In this document: positions 30,600-39,385 of the stretch, in pieces
Layout of the letters: each line of letters opens with the position of its first letter
Numbering within the stretch: the first letter of the stretch is position 1
Sequence record: NC_041874.1
Reading direction: 5' to 3' (one strand)
Length of the DNA stretch: 49,628 nt
From: Escherichia phage JMPW1
Translations under genes and position numbers: made by a program
The notes under the pieces: model-generated
Seen by the model: only the letters and a program-made list of their open reading frames with translations
Told to the model about the DNA's origin: nothing
The model's database searches: none

Positions 30600-31116
30600 T
30601 CCTCGTCGTTAGTGTGATTGCATTGTATGTCGCATTTACTTTTATTGCAATAGCACTATTACAATTTTTTCGTGTAACAGGTGTCTATTTTTGTAACCGG
30701 AGCGGGTGTTACAAAATCCACCCCATCCGACCGCAGAGGGATATGATAAAAACTCTATATAATATATATAGATAGATAATATTTAATTTTAGCTTTATAT
30801 ATAATTATTGTTGTGTAACAGTTGTCTATTGTGTAACTGGTGATTTGATTGATTCGTCAAATTTCTATCATATATGTTCAAAATTTAATCAATATGGATT
30901 CTACTTGTAGCTATCTCTGTATTTCTAAGAAAAAGCGGTTACAAGTATTACACAGTAGACATCACATAAAAATAGACTTAAGCCATTGATTCCGTTAATG
31001 CTGGTTGTAACTTGAGCGATATAGACACGCTATTACACACCAATTACATGTATCCGATTGACTAAACGCTGTTAATGGCTATAATGGATTCATCGTAAAC
31101 GAAGGAGATAAACGCA
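30600..31116. repeat. control region B: paralog of region A
   Basis: GTGTAACAGGTGTCTAT 30672-30688; GTGTAACAGTTGTCTATTGTGTAAC 30813-30838; inverted copies 30938-30962 and 31021-31040; 17-mer at 30755-30771; GATTGCA repeats 30613-30650. Confidence 0.7.
31058..31085 (+). promoter_or_regulatory. near-consensus sigma70 promoter of recombination operon
   Basis: TTGACT (31058-31063), 16-nt spacer, TATAAT (31080-31085); 31 nt upstream of ATG 31117. Confidence 0.6.
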
Positions 31117-32181
31117 ATGTTCCAAGTATTCACATCAAGTCAGCTTTCTAATGACGAGTATCATAGCAACGAAGGTTGGGCGGCAGAGTATGTAAGCGGT
31201 TCGAGCCTTGCAGAAATTTATCAGACTTGCCCGGCTAACTGGCGATTCAAGAAGAACGAGACGACTAAAGCGCTGGAGTTTGGTACTCAGTCGCACACCA
31301 ACTTTGAGAGCCGAGATCTGTTTACTGCATCGTATGCGCGTTGTCCGGCTCCGGCAGAGTTTAAAGATCTCATTACTTCGCAGGCGGCGCTGGCAGCAAA
31401 ATTAAAATCTTTTGGCCTGAAAGGTACATCCGGTAAGCAGTACCCGGACCTCATCAAAATGATGGTTGATTGTGGCGAAGACCTTAACGTTCAATACCTG
31501 ATTGAACTGATCGCAGAGGCTGAGGCGCGCGCTGAAGGAAAGAAACTCGTCGACGCTGATAAATACGACGCCTGCATGAAGATGAGAGCTATACTTGAAC
31601 AGAACCCCGATCATGAAGCGTGCATCAACAGCGAAACAGCGCAGCGTGAAATCTCAATATTCGGTGAAATATCCGGCGTCAAGGTTAAGGTTCGACTAGA
31701 TCATCTTGACTACAAAGAGAATGTACCAGGTCGTGTACTGACTGGTTATGATGAGAATGGTGATCCGGTATTTGAAGACGTAATTTTCCCGGAAGCACTG
31801 ATTATCACAGATTTCAAAACTACGATGAGCGCCAACCCGTTAGAGTTCCCGAGACTGGCATACAATCACGGTTATTACCTGAAGATGGCATTGCAGCATG
31901 ACCTGCTACGTCGCGCAATCCAGGCTGGCGCTTTTGAAGGAAACTTCCCGGAAGATATTCCGATCGTAGTTCGATTGCTTGCGCAGGAGAAAAAAGAGCC
32001 TTATATCGCACTGGCTTACCGTATGACTATGGAGCAAATCAGGATCGGTCGTAACCAGTACATTAGCGTAGTCCACACTTACAAGGCTTGCTCTGAAATG
32101 GATGTTTGGCCTGGGTACGCTGGCGACGCAAGCGAGATCGAACTTGAAACGCCATCATGGGTGCGTTACCAAAATAAGTAA
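31117..32181 (+). CDS. RecE-like PD-(D/E)XK exonuclease
   Basis: N-terminal DEYHS...VSGSSL...EFGTQSHT block (DUF3799/RecE-type, from memory); sits upstream of erf and ssb. Confidence 0.65.
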   Translation: MFQVFTSSQLSNDEYHSNEGWAAEYVSGSSLAEIYQTCPANWRFKKNETTKALEFGTQSHTNFESRDLFTASYARCPAPAEFKDLITSQAALAAKLKSFGLKGTSGKQYPDLIKMMVDCGEDLNVQYLIELIAEAEARAEGKKLVDADKYDACMKMRAILEQNPDHEACINSETAQREISIFGEISGVKVKVRLDHLDYKENVPGRVLTGYDENGDPVFEDVIFPEALIITDFKTTMSANPLEFPRLAYNHGYYLKMALQHDLLRRAIQAGAFEGNFPEDIPIVVRLLAQEKKEPYIALAYRMTMEQIRIGRNQYISVVHTYKACSEMDVWPGYAGDASEIELETPSWVRYQNK

Positions 32182-32182
32182 A

Positions 32183-32224
32183 CGGCACAAATAGCTAAAC
32201 AAATAATTAATGAGGTGTTATAAT
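32183..32224 (+). promoter_or_regulatory. degenerate palindrome-promoter cassette
   Basis: CGGCAcaaatAGCTA, 21 nt, TGtTATAAT 32219-32224; hairpin GAGGTG/CACCTC; leader ACCAATCAGGAG. Confidence 0.45.
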
Positions 32225-32255
32225 GCACCTCATACACCAATCAGGAGAAGTTAAG

Positions 32256-32903
32256 ATGCAATTATCACCAGAAACAAACGAAATCCTTCCTGCACTGTTC
32301 AATGCTCGCAACAAATTCGCGAAAGCAAAGAAGGACGCTAAAAACAATCACCTGAAAAACTCATACGCAACTCTTGATGCAATGATGGCGGCAGTAAGCC
32401 CAGCACTAACCGATAACGATATTATGATCCTGCAATCAATGCTGGATACCAGCACTGAAACAACTTTCCATCTTGAAACTATGCTTATTCACAAATCCGG
32501 GCAGTGGGCCAAATTCTTCATGATGATGCCGATTGCAAAGCGCGATCCGCAAGGCGTAGGTTCCGCAATGACGTATGCTCGACGTTACTCATTAGCCGCA
32601 GCGCTGGGGATTAGCCAGAGTGATGACGATGCTCAGCTTGCAGTGAAATCTGTCAAGGACTGGAAAAAAGAACTTGATGCGTGTGAAGATATCGAATCAC
32701 TGAAAGAGGCATGGGCTAACGCTTACCGCCAGACGGACACGGCAAGCAAGTCAATCATTCAGGATCACTACAACGCACTTAAGGCTAAGTTTGAGATCGG
32801 TAAAGCTCGTGGCATTCGCCCGGCGCAACCGGAACAGAAAAAACAGGTTGAAGCAACGAGCGCGAAGCCTGTACAATCTCAATCAATCACCAACTTCGAA
32901 TAA
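32256..32903 (+). CDS. erf: Erf-family single-strand annealing protein
   Basis: ILPALFNARNKFAKAKKDAKN..LKNSYATLDAMMAAVSPALTDNDIMILQS matches the ERF N-terminal signature; AATCAGGAG leader. Confidence 0.75.
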   Translation: MQLSPETNEILPALFNARNKFAKAKKDAKNNHLKNSYATLDAMMAAVSPALTDNDIMILQSMLDTSTETTFHLETMLIHKSGQWAKFFMMMPIAKRDPQGVGSAMTYARRYSLAAALGISQSDDDAQLAVKSVKDWKKELDACEDIESLKEAWANAYRQTDTASKSIIQDHYNALKAKFEIGKARGIRPAQPEQKKQVEATSAKPVQSQSITNFE

Positions 32904-32948
32904 CCATCAGGGCGGCTTCGGTCGCCCATAAATTTTAGGAGAGAAATA

Positions 32949-33365
32949 ATGCATATTATCACTGGCGAGATCCGCAAAGAACCTAAGATTCTTGAACGTA
33001 ACGGCGGCAATACTTATATCATCGAACTGGCAGAAAGCTATAAGCCTCGCGATGGCGATCGTGAATACACCAACTACACATTCTTTTTTAGCGATGGTGG
33101 AAAGCCTGGCCTTGCTGACTGGTATCGTGAAGCGTTCCAGGTTGGTCGCGTAGTATCAGTGTCGTGCGAAACTCTGAAAATCTCATCCCGTGAGCACAAC
33201 GGAACTGTTTACAATTCATTGCAGGCCGCTGATTTTCCTAAGCTGGTATTCAGTCAGCGAGGACAAAGCAATCAACAACAGCGATCGCCTCAGCAACAAC
33301 AGCGAACTCAACAACAACCACAACCGAACCATCAGTCAACATTTGACGATGATATCCCATTCTAA
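32949..33365 (+). CDS. ssb: single-stranded DNA-binding protein
   Basis: OB-fold-sized N-terminus, Q/P-rich linker, C-terminal tip TFDDDIPF (SSB hallmark). Confidence 0.85.
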   Translation: MHIITGEIRKEPKILERNGGNTYIIELAESYKPRDGDREYTNYTFFFSDGGKPGLADWYREAFQVGRVVSVSCETLKISSREHNGTVYNSLQAADFPKLVFSQRGQSNQQQRSPQQQQRTQQQPQPNHQSTFDDDIPF

Positions 33366-33366
33366 T

Positions 33367-33398
33367 AAGAAAGCCCCGCATTGCGGGGCTTTTCTTTA
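33367..33398. terminator. bidirectional terminator between ssb (+) and tail fibre (-)
   Basis: AGAAA GCCCCGCA TTGCGGGGC TTTTCTTT. Confidence 0.75.
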
Positions 33399-35243
33399 TG
33401 ATTGTTTAAGTGATTTTATTTCTTCTTTTAGAGAAGATACTTGCTTTGAAAGCTCCTGTATCGCAGCTATAGCGTCAAGCAAAAGAACGTTCTCATCCAG
33501 TGATAGCGTGTAATCTTCTCCATTCATATTTCCGTACTTTCTAACGTACTGACTATCTATGCTCATAAGTTGTTGAGCTATGAACCCTCTCCTTACAGTT
33601 TTCTCCTTGTCATAATTGTATGTGAATGATCGGTATTTCATTTTCATCAAATTATCAAGCGCCAATCTTGTTTCAATATCATTTATGTCGCTTTTAAGTC
33701 TCTCATCTGACACTGGAGACTTTGAAAATATATAGTTGACAGTACCTGAGTTATTCCCAAACGTTATGTCGTAACTCTCAGCGTTGAACGATGTATTCCT
33801 TACAATGTTACCGTTTGGCTGATTACCTGAAGCTATATCATAATCGTACACCTGAGATATTACCGCGTGGGGGTGAGAACCATTTGGAAAAATAAGCGAA
33901 CCAAGAGAGATAAAATTCCTCCAACCGCCGTTGGATACACCAACGCCGCCACCAACTAAACCAATATAACCGCTGTACTGAGAACTCATCCATGTGTTAG
34001 CCAATGTCAAATAGGTATTACCTGGAGCATATCCAGTTCCATTTGGTACTAGACCCTTGTTAAAAATCAACTTTCCGTCCAGTTTGAAATCCCACGTTGC
34101 CGCGCCCTGCTTATATCTGTCATTGATTGTTGTTATCCTTGTCCATATATCTATTTCATTACCTCCCTGCAATTCGAAAGAGGATCTGTACTTATCAACT
34201 TCACCAACCTTGAATTTTGAATCAATCCTGCCGCCTGAAGAATCGGAACCGCTTGGCGGCTCAGAGTCTACATTTTTATAAATAGACCAGTCGTTTACTT
34301 TTAGGCCTTTCTCAACCCAACCCTTAGTAGTTGCGTCCATATTGCCTTCAGGATCTTTAAGTAACTCTAATGGGGCGTCTGGCCTCAAGTTTTTCCATGA
34401 TTCTAATTTATCCTCAAGACCAGCTAAATTACCGTCCTTAGTTAAAAGATTGTCAGCATTAACGCTATTTGCTGCGTCTTTCGCTTCCTGAGCACTTACT
34501 GCCGCCGCGTCTTTTGAACTAACCGCATCATCACGCGCCGATTGAGCATCGTTCTTTGCAGAGGTTGCAGTTTGTGCTGCCGTTTGAGCGTCATTAACGT
34601 AACCTGATAAATCACCTTTCGCCTCATTAATGGCCTGAATCGCTGCCGCCTCTTCAGTGTCAATGTGAGTGATGACAGATGATTCCTTAGATCCGATATC
34701 AGTAATAGCCTGTTCCTTTGCTGCATTAATACTACCTACAGCACCGTCAACAATTTGTTGAGTCTGGTTCTTGATTGAGTTAGTTTCATCGCGTGCAGCG
34801 TTGGCTGCGTCACGCGCTAATTCAGCCTGATTTTGCGCAGCTTGAGAATCAGGTTTCGCCTTATTCACCTCAGTAACTATTTGCTCAAGTTTATCCATAT
34901 CAAGCTGATTGATGATATCAAGAGCCGCAGCAATCTCAGTTTCTTTGCTCTGGTAGTATCGCAGCGTTTCAGCAACGTTTTGAGCTAAGCCGTTTACAGT
35001 CAGTGAATCGTTAAGCAGGATCACATACTTACCGTCAGCGGCAGTCTGACCATCCGTAGAGATAGCCTTTAACTCAGTGTCGCTCACGATATCGCTGATT
35101 ACAGCCAGCTTAATTGGTTGCTCCAGGAATACGATAGTTGCACCTACTCGAATCAGAGCAAGCTGATCCTTCCATTTTGTATCGGTTCCGCGAACCGTTC
35201 CATCTGCATCCATTGATGCTGTACCGCGTCTATATAAAGCCAT
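33396..35243 (-). CDS. tail fibre with C-terminal intramolecular chaperone (peptidase S74) domain
   Basis: Ala/Gln/Asp coiled-coil shaft; C-terminus SDERLKSDINDI...RSFTYN...RRGFIAQQL...LSLDENVLLLDAIAAIQELSKQ typical of S74 chaperone domains. Confidence 0.85.
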   Translation of the reverse strand: MALYRRGTASMDADGTVRGTDTKWKDQLALIRVGATIVFLEQPIKLAVISDIVSDTELKAISTDGQTAADGKYVILLNDSLTVNGLAQNVAETLRYYQSKETEIAAALDIINQLDMDKLEQIVTEVNKAKPDSQAAQNQAELARDAANAARDETNSIKNQTQQIVDGAVGSINAAKEQAITDIGSKESSVITHIDTEEAAAIQAINEAKGDLSGYVNDAQTAAQTATSAKNDAQSARDDAVSSKDAAAVSAQEAKDAANSVNADNLLTKDGNLAGLEDKLESWKNLRPDAPLELLKDPEGNMDATTKGWVEKGLKVNDWSIYKNVDSEPPSGSDSSGGRIDSKFKVGEVDKYRSSFELQGGNEIDIWTRITTINDRYKQGAATWDFKLDGKLIFNKGLVPNGTGYAPGNTYLTLANTWMSSQYSGYIGLVGGGVGVSNGGWRNFISLGSLIFPNGSHPHAVISQVYDYDIASGNQPNGNIVRNTSFNAESYDITFGNNSGTVNYIFSKSPVSDERLKSDINDIETRLALDNLMKMKYRSFTYNYDKEKTVRRGFIAQQLMSIDSQYVRKYGNMNGEDYTLSLDENVLLLDAIAAIQELSKQVSSLKEEIKSLKQS

Positions 35244-35264
35244 AGTATAAACTCCTTAAGTAAA

Positions 35265-35295
35265 TAGCACTAATTGCTAAACGCTGATTTTATCA
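35265..35295 (-). promoter_or_regulatory. extended -10 promoter followed by palindrome (tail fibre)
   Basis: Minus strand reads TGaTAAAAT (35295-35287), 7 nt, TAGCAattagTGCTA (35279-35265), then AAGGAG and the fibre ATG. Confidence 0.45.
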
Positions 35296-35320
35296 TTGTG
35301 CTATCCGACTTGCAATGGAC

Positions 35321-35344
35321 AATAAAAAACCGCCAGAAGGCGGT
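35321..35344 (-). terminator. intrinsic terminator after primase gene
   Basis: Minus strand: ACCGCC ttct GGCGGT then TTTTTTATT. Confidence 0.75.
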
Positions 35345-36279
35345 CAGAGTAGGTCACTTGCTGAGAATAACTTGGCTTGCATTCCTGAGCGGTATCCTCC
35401 AGGATTTGGGATGATTATTTTTAATTGTCGGTCGTCTGCCATGTATAAAGTCTCCTTGTCTGAAGGTTCGCACGCAACCCTTACTTCTCGATCCCCTTTA
35501 TATCTGTATGCAACCATTTCCAGATTCTCAGGAGTGAAGCAGGCCCATACCTCTTGCTTTGTGTGAAATGCAATATGCTGAGCATCAATCCAATTAAGGC
35601 ATAAGTAGATCGCTTTTTCTGTTTTACCAGTCACGGCAACCGAGCAACTTGTGTATTTCTTAGCGTAAAATGACTCCCTACCCTCCTCATCAATAATCAA
35701 AATATTACAAAACTCATCATCAAGACCGTCCTCGTGTACAAGTTGACATGGTATGGTGTGAAATACGCTCTCGCCGCCATCCTCGCGACGTTTTACGCCA
35801 ACGTCGAATGATTCAGTAGGTAGAGATTCAAACATGCTTAGAGGTGTGTTTACGCGCTTCTCTGTGCGCTCCATGACTTTCATCACCGCTTCATGATCTG
35901 CCATCATGACATTGACACCAGATACCGGAGTTCGGCGCGCTTTCTTGTTTGCCTTGACGATGTATTCCTGCGGAACTTTTCCGAGAAATCTTCCCAGGAT
36001 ATTTATGCATTCGCTATACGGCATACCAGTTAATTTCATTAGCCACCCGATCCCGGAGTCGTTACCGCATGAGTTGCAGATCGCACCTCCGTCGCCCGGA
36101 GTGTTCAGGTTATCAGTCCAGCGAAAGCGGTCTTTACCTCCGCAGTTAGGGCAAGGTTGGTGCTTCTTATTAAAAACATCATTCGGCAATCCGCAGATTG
36201 ATTGGAAAGCCTCGCGCCATAACCCCTTCATGTACGGCAAAACGTCCTCTTTCTGAAACATCATAAATTCTTCGTTCAC
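35344..36279 (-). CDS. DNA primase (Zn-ribbon + Toprim type)
   Basis: HQPCPNCGGKDRFRWTD...GGAICNSCG matches the primase Zn-ribbon of T7 gp4 / P4 alpha type. Confidence 0.8.
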   Translation of the reverse strand: MNEEFMMFQKEDVLPYMKGLWREAFQSICGLPNDVFNKKHQPCPNCGGKDRFRWTDNLNTPGDGGAICNSCGNDSGIGWLMKLTGMPYSECINILGRFLGKVPQEYIVKANKKARRTPVSGVNVMMADHEAVMKVMERTEKRVNTPLSMFESLPTESFDVGVKRREDGGESVFHTIPCQLVHEDGLDDEFCNILIIDEEGRESFYAKKYTSCSVAVTGKTEKAIYLCLNWIDAQHIAFHTKQEVWACFTPENLEMVAYRYKGDREVRVACEPSDKETLYMADDRQLKIIIPNPGGYRSGMQAKLFSASDLL

Positions 36280-36291
36280 TTCCAGATCTCC

Positions 36292-36332
36292 AAAATAAAA
36301 AACGCGTAGAAGGATGTTAACCCGCTACGCGT
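36292..36332 (-). terminator. intrinsic terminator after HTH gene
   Basis: Minus strand: ACGCGTAG ...15 nt... CTACGCGT then TTTTTATTTT. Confidence 0.6.
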
Positions 36333-36340
36333 CGTTTGTT

Positions 36341-36793
36341 TTAACTAAAAATGCTATTGGTCGTTCCGATATCTTCCTTCTTCACGACGCGCATAAATTT
36401 CTTGTTCTTGCATCGCTTCTCAAGGCACTTGCCGTTACCGTCAAACTTCAGGTCGAATCGCAACCATGCGGCACGAAATCCTTTGCACCCCTGTCGGCGG
36501 TAAGCGCGATGCGCAGCTTCAGCGCCTTGCCATGAAATCATATTTCGATCTTTCCAGCCTTGCACCGTCTGATTGCTAACTTTTAGAGCCTTTGCGCAGG
36601 CCGCAGGGCCGCCGTAATATTCGATAAGAGCATCAAGTCGCGCTCGCAGTCCGGCGCGTGTTTCTTCTTTATGAATATAGAACCCGCAACGCTGTCGAGG
36701 CTTTTTATCTTTACCGCGCCGTGTTCCGTTGTTACCATTGATGTGACGTTTATCGATTTTACCAGTTGATTCTGCGATACGTTGAATACTCAT
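36341..36793 (-). CDS. HTH DNA-binding protein (Cro/YdaS-like) with basic N-terminus
   Basis: ACAKALKVSNQTVQGWKDRNMIS helix-turn-helix; divergent from helicase gene across palindrome 36807-36821; followed by terminator. Confidence 0.6.
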   Translation of the reverse strand: MSIQRIAESTGKIDKRHINGNNGTRRGKDKKPRQRCGFYIHKEETRAGLRARLDALIEYYGGPAACAKALKVSNQTVQGWKDRNMISWQGAEAAHRAYRRQGCKGFRAAWLRFDLKFDGNGKCLEKRCKNKKFMRVVKKEDIGTTNSIFS

Positions 36794-36806
36794 CTTGATT
36801 CTCCTA

Positions 36807-36849
36807 TAGCACTTTTTGCTAAAAACGTTTACTTTATGCCGTGTATTAT
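36807..36849 (+). promoter_or_regulatory. palindrome-promoter cassette (helicase); shared divergent region with HTH gene
   Basis: TAGCActtttTGCTA, 22 nt, TATTAT 36844-36849. Confidence 0.5.
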
Positions 36850-36886
36850 AGCGTAAACGTTACAACGATTCAAAGGATTAATAGCC

Positions 36887-38905
36887 GTGACAATGAACAT
36901 TAAAAAACAGATTGCGTTACTTGGAGAGGACTACATAAAGCGAACTCAGGAGCGATTCACTGTAGGTGAGGTAGTTCCTTATCCGTATCAGGTTGTTGCT
37001 TACGCCGAGATCGCGAAGCGCTTGTCAAATTATGAGCACCCATTCTTCGTTAAAGCGTCTGTATCCGCAGGCAAGACAATTATTTTCGCTATGGTGGCAA
37101 AGCAGTGTCAGAAAATGGGCTTAAAAATGCTTGTCCTGGCTCGACAGGGTGAGATTGTCGATCAGGATAGCGAAGAGATCGACAACTTCGGGGTAACGAA
37201 CTCCATCTTCTCAGCATCGCTTGGAATCAAGTCCTGCTACTTCCCGATCGTGGTTGGCTCTGAGGGTACGGTTGCAAATGGCCTCGACAATGAGTTGGCT
37301 GATTTTGTCCCGCATGTAATTGGGATCGACGAATGTCACCAGGTGGATTGGGAAGACCTTGCGCAAGCCATCGAGGGTAAGGAAACAATGGAACAGATGA
37401 GGGGCGAGAAAGGGAAAATTATCATGGACGGAGATATTCCCCTGATTGGTAATGATGGAAAACCTTTGCTTGGAACTAAGCGTAGTCAGTACACGATCGT
37501 AATCATGGAAATGATGCGGCGCTGTAAAAAGGTTCACGGGCACGATCTTAGAATATTCGGCATGACGGGATCTGAATTTCGTGGCGTAGTTCCTATTCTG
37601 GTAGAGAATCCGAAAGCATTGGGATTCTGGCGTGAGCGAGTAACTGATATCGACACAAACTATCTGATTGAGTTCGGCTCTGTCGTTCCGACTATATTCG
37701 GATCAACAGACGGAGTTCATTACGATCTGGATAAGTTCAAGGCGTCTAGCGAGGACGGAGTGCAGGACTTTACAGAGAAAGACATGAAGGCTATGGAAGA
37801 TGAGATCCTTCATGATAAATCTCTGACTCAGCGAATCATGCAAATGGTCGCCAAAAAGGCAGAAGAACGCAATGCGGTCTTGATTACATGTGCTGGTGTG
37901 CGCCACTGCAAAGAGGCAGCGGCAGCACTTCCTCCGGGAAGCACCTATGCAATTATTACTGGCGACACAGACAACAAATCGCGCAAGAAGATTCTGGACG
38001 ATGTAAGGGCTGGGAAAATTAAATACACCTTTCAGGTTATGGCGCTCACTACTGGCGTTAACGTTCCAAATTGGGATTTCAGTGTCATACTCCGCAAGAT
38101 AGGGTCGCTCACACTATTGATTCAACTTTTGGGTAGGGGTATGCGTCTGCTTAAATCCTGGCAGGTTGCTGAGGGAATGGTTAAGCAGGACCATCTGGTA
38201 TGGGATTTCGCAGGTACGATGGATGAGTTGGGTCAGCTTTATTTCGATCCGATACTTGAGCAGGCGCAATTCCAAAATCGTTTTGAAAACGGCAAAGATC
38301 CGAAAACATGTCCGAAATGCGGTTGCGTAAATAGCTTCTATGCTCGACGATGCGTTAATGTCATTGATGGTGAACGTTGCGATCATTTCTGGACTTCTCA
38401 AATTTGTGAGGACCAGGTTGACGAGCGCACCGGAAAAATCCTTGTTAAAGGATGCGGTGCAGAGAATGACGTTGTGGCCCGAGTCTGTCGCTGTTGCGAT
38501 GTTTCTCTTGTTGATCCTAACCTTAAGTTATCCGGTAAGGCGTACACTAAGAATGACTGGTACGAGGTCAAGAATTTTGAAGTTACGTTAACCAAAAACC
38601 AAAAGGGTGTGATATACAAATACACACTTATTAATGATGAGGGTGACGAGTTCAAGGCGTATGAAAAATTCTTCCCTGAGTCAGACTCTAAGATTTGCGG
38701 TACGCTATGGAAAACGAAAGGAGTATTACCTCACGTATCAGATCCTAAAATGCGCCGCTACTTTATCGGAATGAAGAACGCCATCAAGATCGTGCAGTAC
38801 GCACATCATATTGCTCACCCGGTGCGCGTAACTCATCGTCGCAACCAGAAGAAAGAAGATATTATCTCACGCAAAGACTTCGGTATGGAGGATATCCCGG
38901 AATGA
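36887..38905 (+). CDS. SF2 (DEAH-type) ATP-dependent DNA helicase with C-terminal Zn-fingers
   Basis: Walker A SVSAGKT, DEAH box GIDECH, motif VI LLGRGMR; CPKCGC...RRC and CRCC clusters; GTG start 9 nt after AAGGA. Confidence 0.85.
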   Translation: MTMNIKKQIALLGEDYIKRTQERFTVGEVVPYPYQVVAYAEIAKRLSNYEHPFFVKASVSAGKTIIFAMVAKQCQKMGLKMLVLARQGEIVDQDSEEIDNFGVTNSIFSASLGIKSCYFPIVVGSEGTVANGLDNELADFVPHVIGIDECHQVDWEDLAQAIEGKETMEQMRGEKGKIIMDGDIPLIGNDGKPLLGTKRSQYTIVIMEMMRRCKKVHGHDLRIFGMTGSEFRGVVPILVENPKALGFWRERVTDIDTNYLIEFGSVVPTIFGSTDGVHYDLDKFKASSEDGVQDFTEKDMKAMEDEILHDKSLTQRIMQMVAKKAEERNAVLITCAGVRHCKEAAAALPPGSTYAIITGDTDNKSRKKILDDVRAGKIKYTFQVMALTTGVNVPNWDFSVILRKIGSLTLLIQLLGRGMRLLKSWQVAEGMVKQDHLVWDFAGTMDELGQLYFDPILEQAQFQNRFENGKDPKTCPKCGCVNSFYARRCVNVIDGERCDHFWTSQICEDQVDERTGKILVKGCGAENDVVARVCRCCDVSLVDPNLKLSGKAYTKNDWYEVKNFEVTLTKNQKGVIYKYTLINDEGDEFKAYEKFFPESDSKICGTLWKTKGVLPHVSDPKMRRYFIGMKNAIKIVQYAHHIAHPVRVTHRRNQKKEDIISRKDFGMEDIPE

Positions 38906-39318
38906 TTACAGACAAAGGTGATTATTTAGAGTTTTACGAGCGAGATCCCAGCGACACTCGAAAGGAGGACGCTCATCAGGTGGATTGTGTGTCCTGGCTG
39001 AAATACAATTTCCCTCACCTTCTATTTTGGCACACTGTCAATGAAGGTGAAAAAACAATCACATCAGCGCTCAGGGATGAGCAGGCCGGATTACTTAAAG
39101 GAGTGTCGGACTTCGTTATCCTGATTGGTGTTAACTCAAGATACCCGTTTGCAGCAATCGAACTTAAGCGGGTTAATAAGTCAGGCAAAGGAAAGGCGTC
39201 ACCAGTCAGCGACAAGCAAAGGGAATTTCTCAGAAAGGTCATGGAGCGTGGCGGCTTCTCTGCCGTCGCATACGGATTTGAGCAATTCAAGATCGCAATT
39301 TACGAAATGATGAAATAG
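38902..39318 (+). CDS. VRR-NUC domain nuclease
   Basis: GVSDFVIL...AAIELKR...SDKQREFL matches the D..ExK..Q VRR-NUC pattern; ATGA overlap with helicase. Confidence 0.8.
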   Translation: MITDKGDYLEFYERDPSDTRKEDAHQVDCVSWLKYNFPHLLFWHTVNEGEKTITSALRDEQAGLLKGVSDFVILIGVNSRYPFAAIELKRVNKSGKGKASPVSDKQREFLRKVMERGGFSAVAYGFEQFKIAIYEMMK

Positions 39319-39358
39319 CACTTTTTGTTAAAACTGCCGGAATGGAATCTGGCATTAT
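39316..39358 (+). promoter_or_regulatory. palindrome-promoter cassette (dam)
   Basis: TAGCActtttTGTTA, 22 nt, TGgCATTAT 39353-39358. Confidence 0.5.
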
Positions 39359-39385
39359 TATCTCACCAACACTAGAGGACTAAAA

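Noticed and set aside
30593-30775. 60-aa plus-strand ORF at the start of control region B
   Set aside because: Non-ATG start abutting the lipoprotein gene start, no SD, and it covers iterons and the GATTGCA repeats. It is the paralogous position to the spurious ORF in region A.
33190-33513. 107-aa plus-strand ORF overlapping the ssb 3' end and crossing into the tail-fibre gene
   Set aside because: It is the out-of-frame shadow of the Q-rich SSB linker, crosses the bidirectional terminator, and has no SD.
35315-36256. Plus-strand ORFs 35315-35566 and 35906-36256
   Set aside because: They lie antisense to the well-supported primase gene. The first starts inside the primase terminator.
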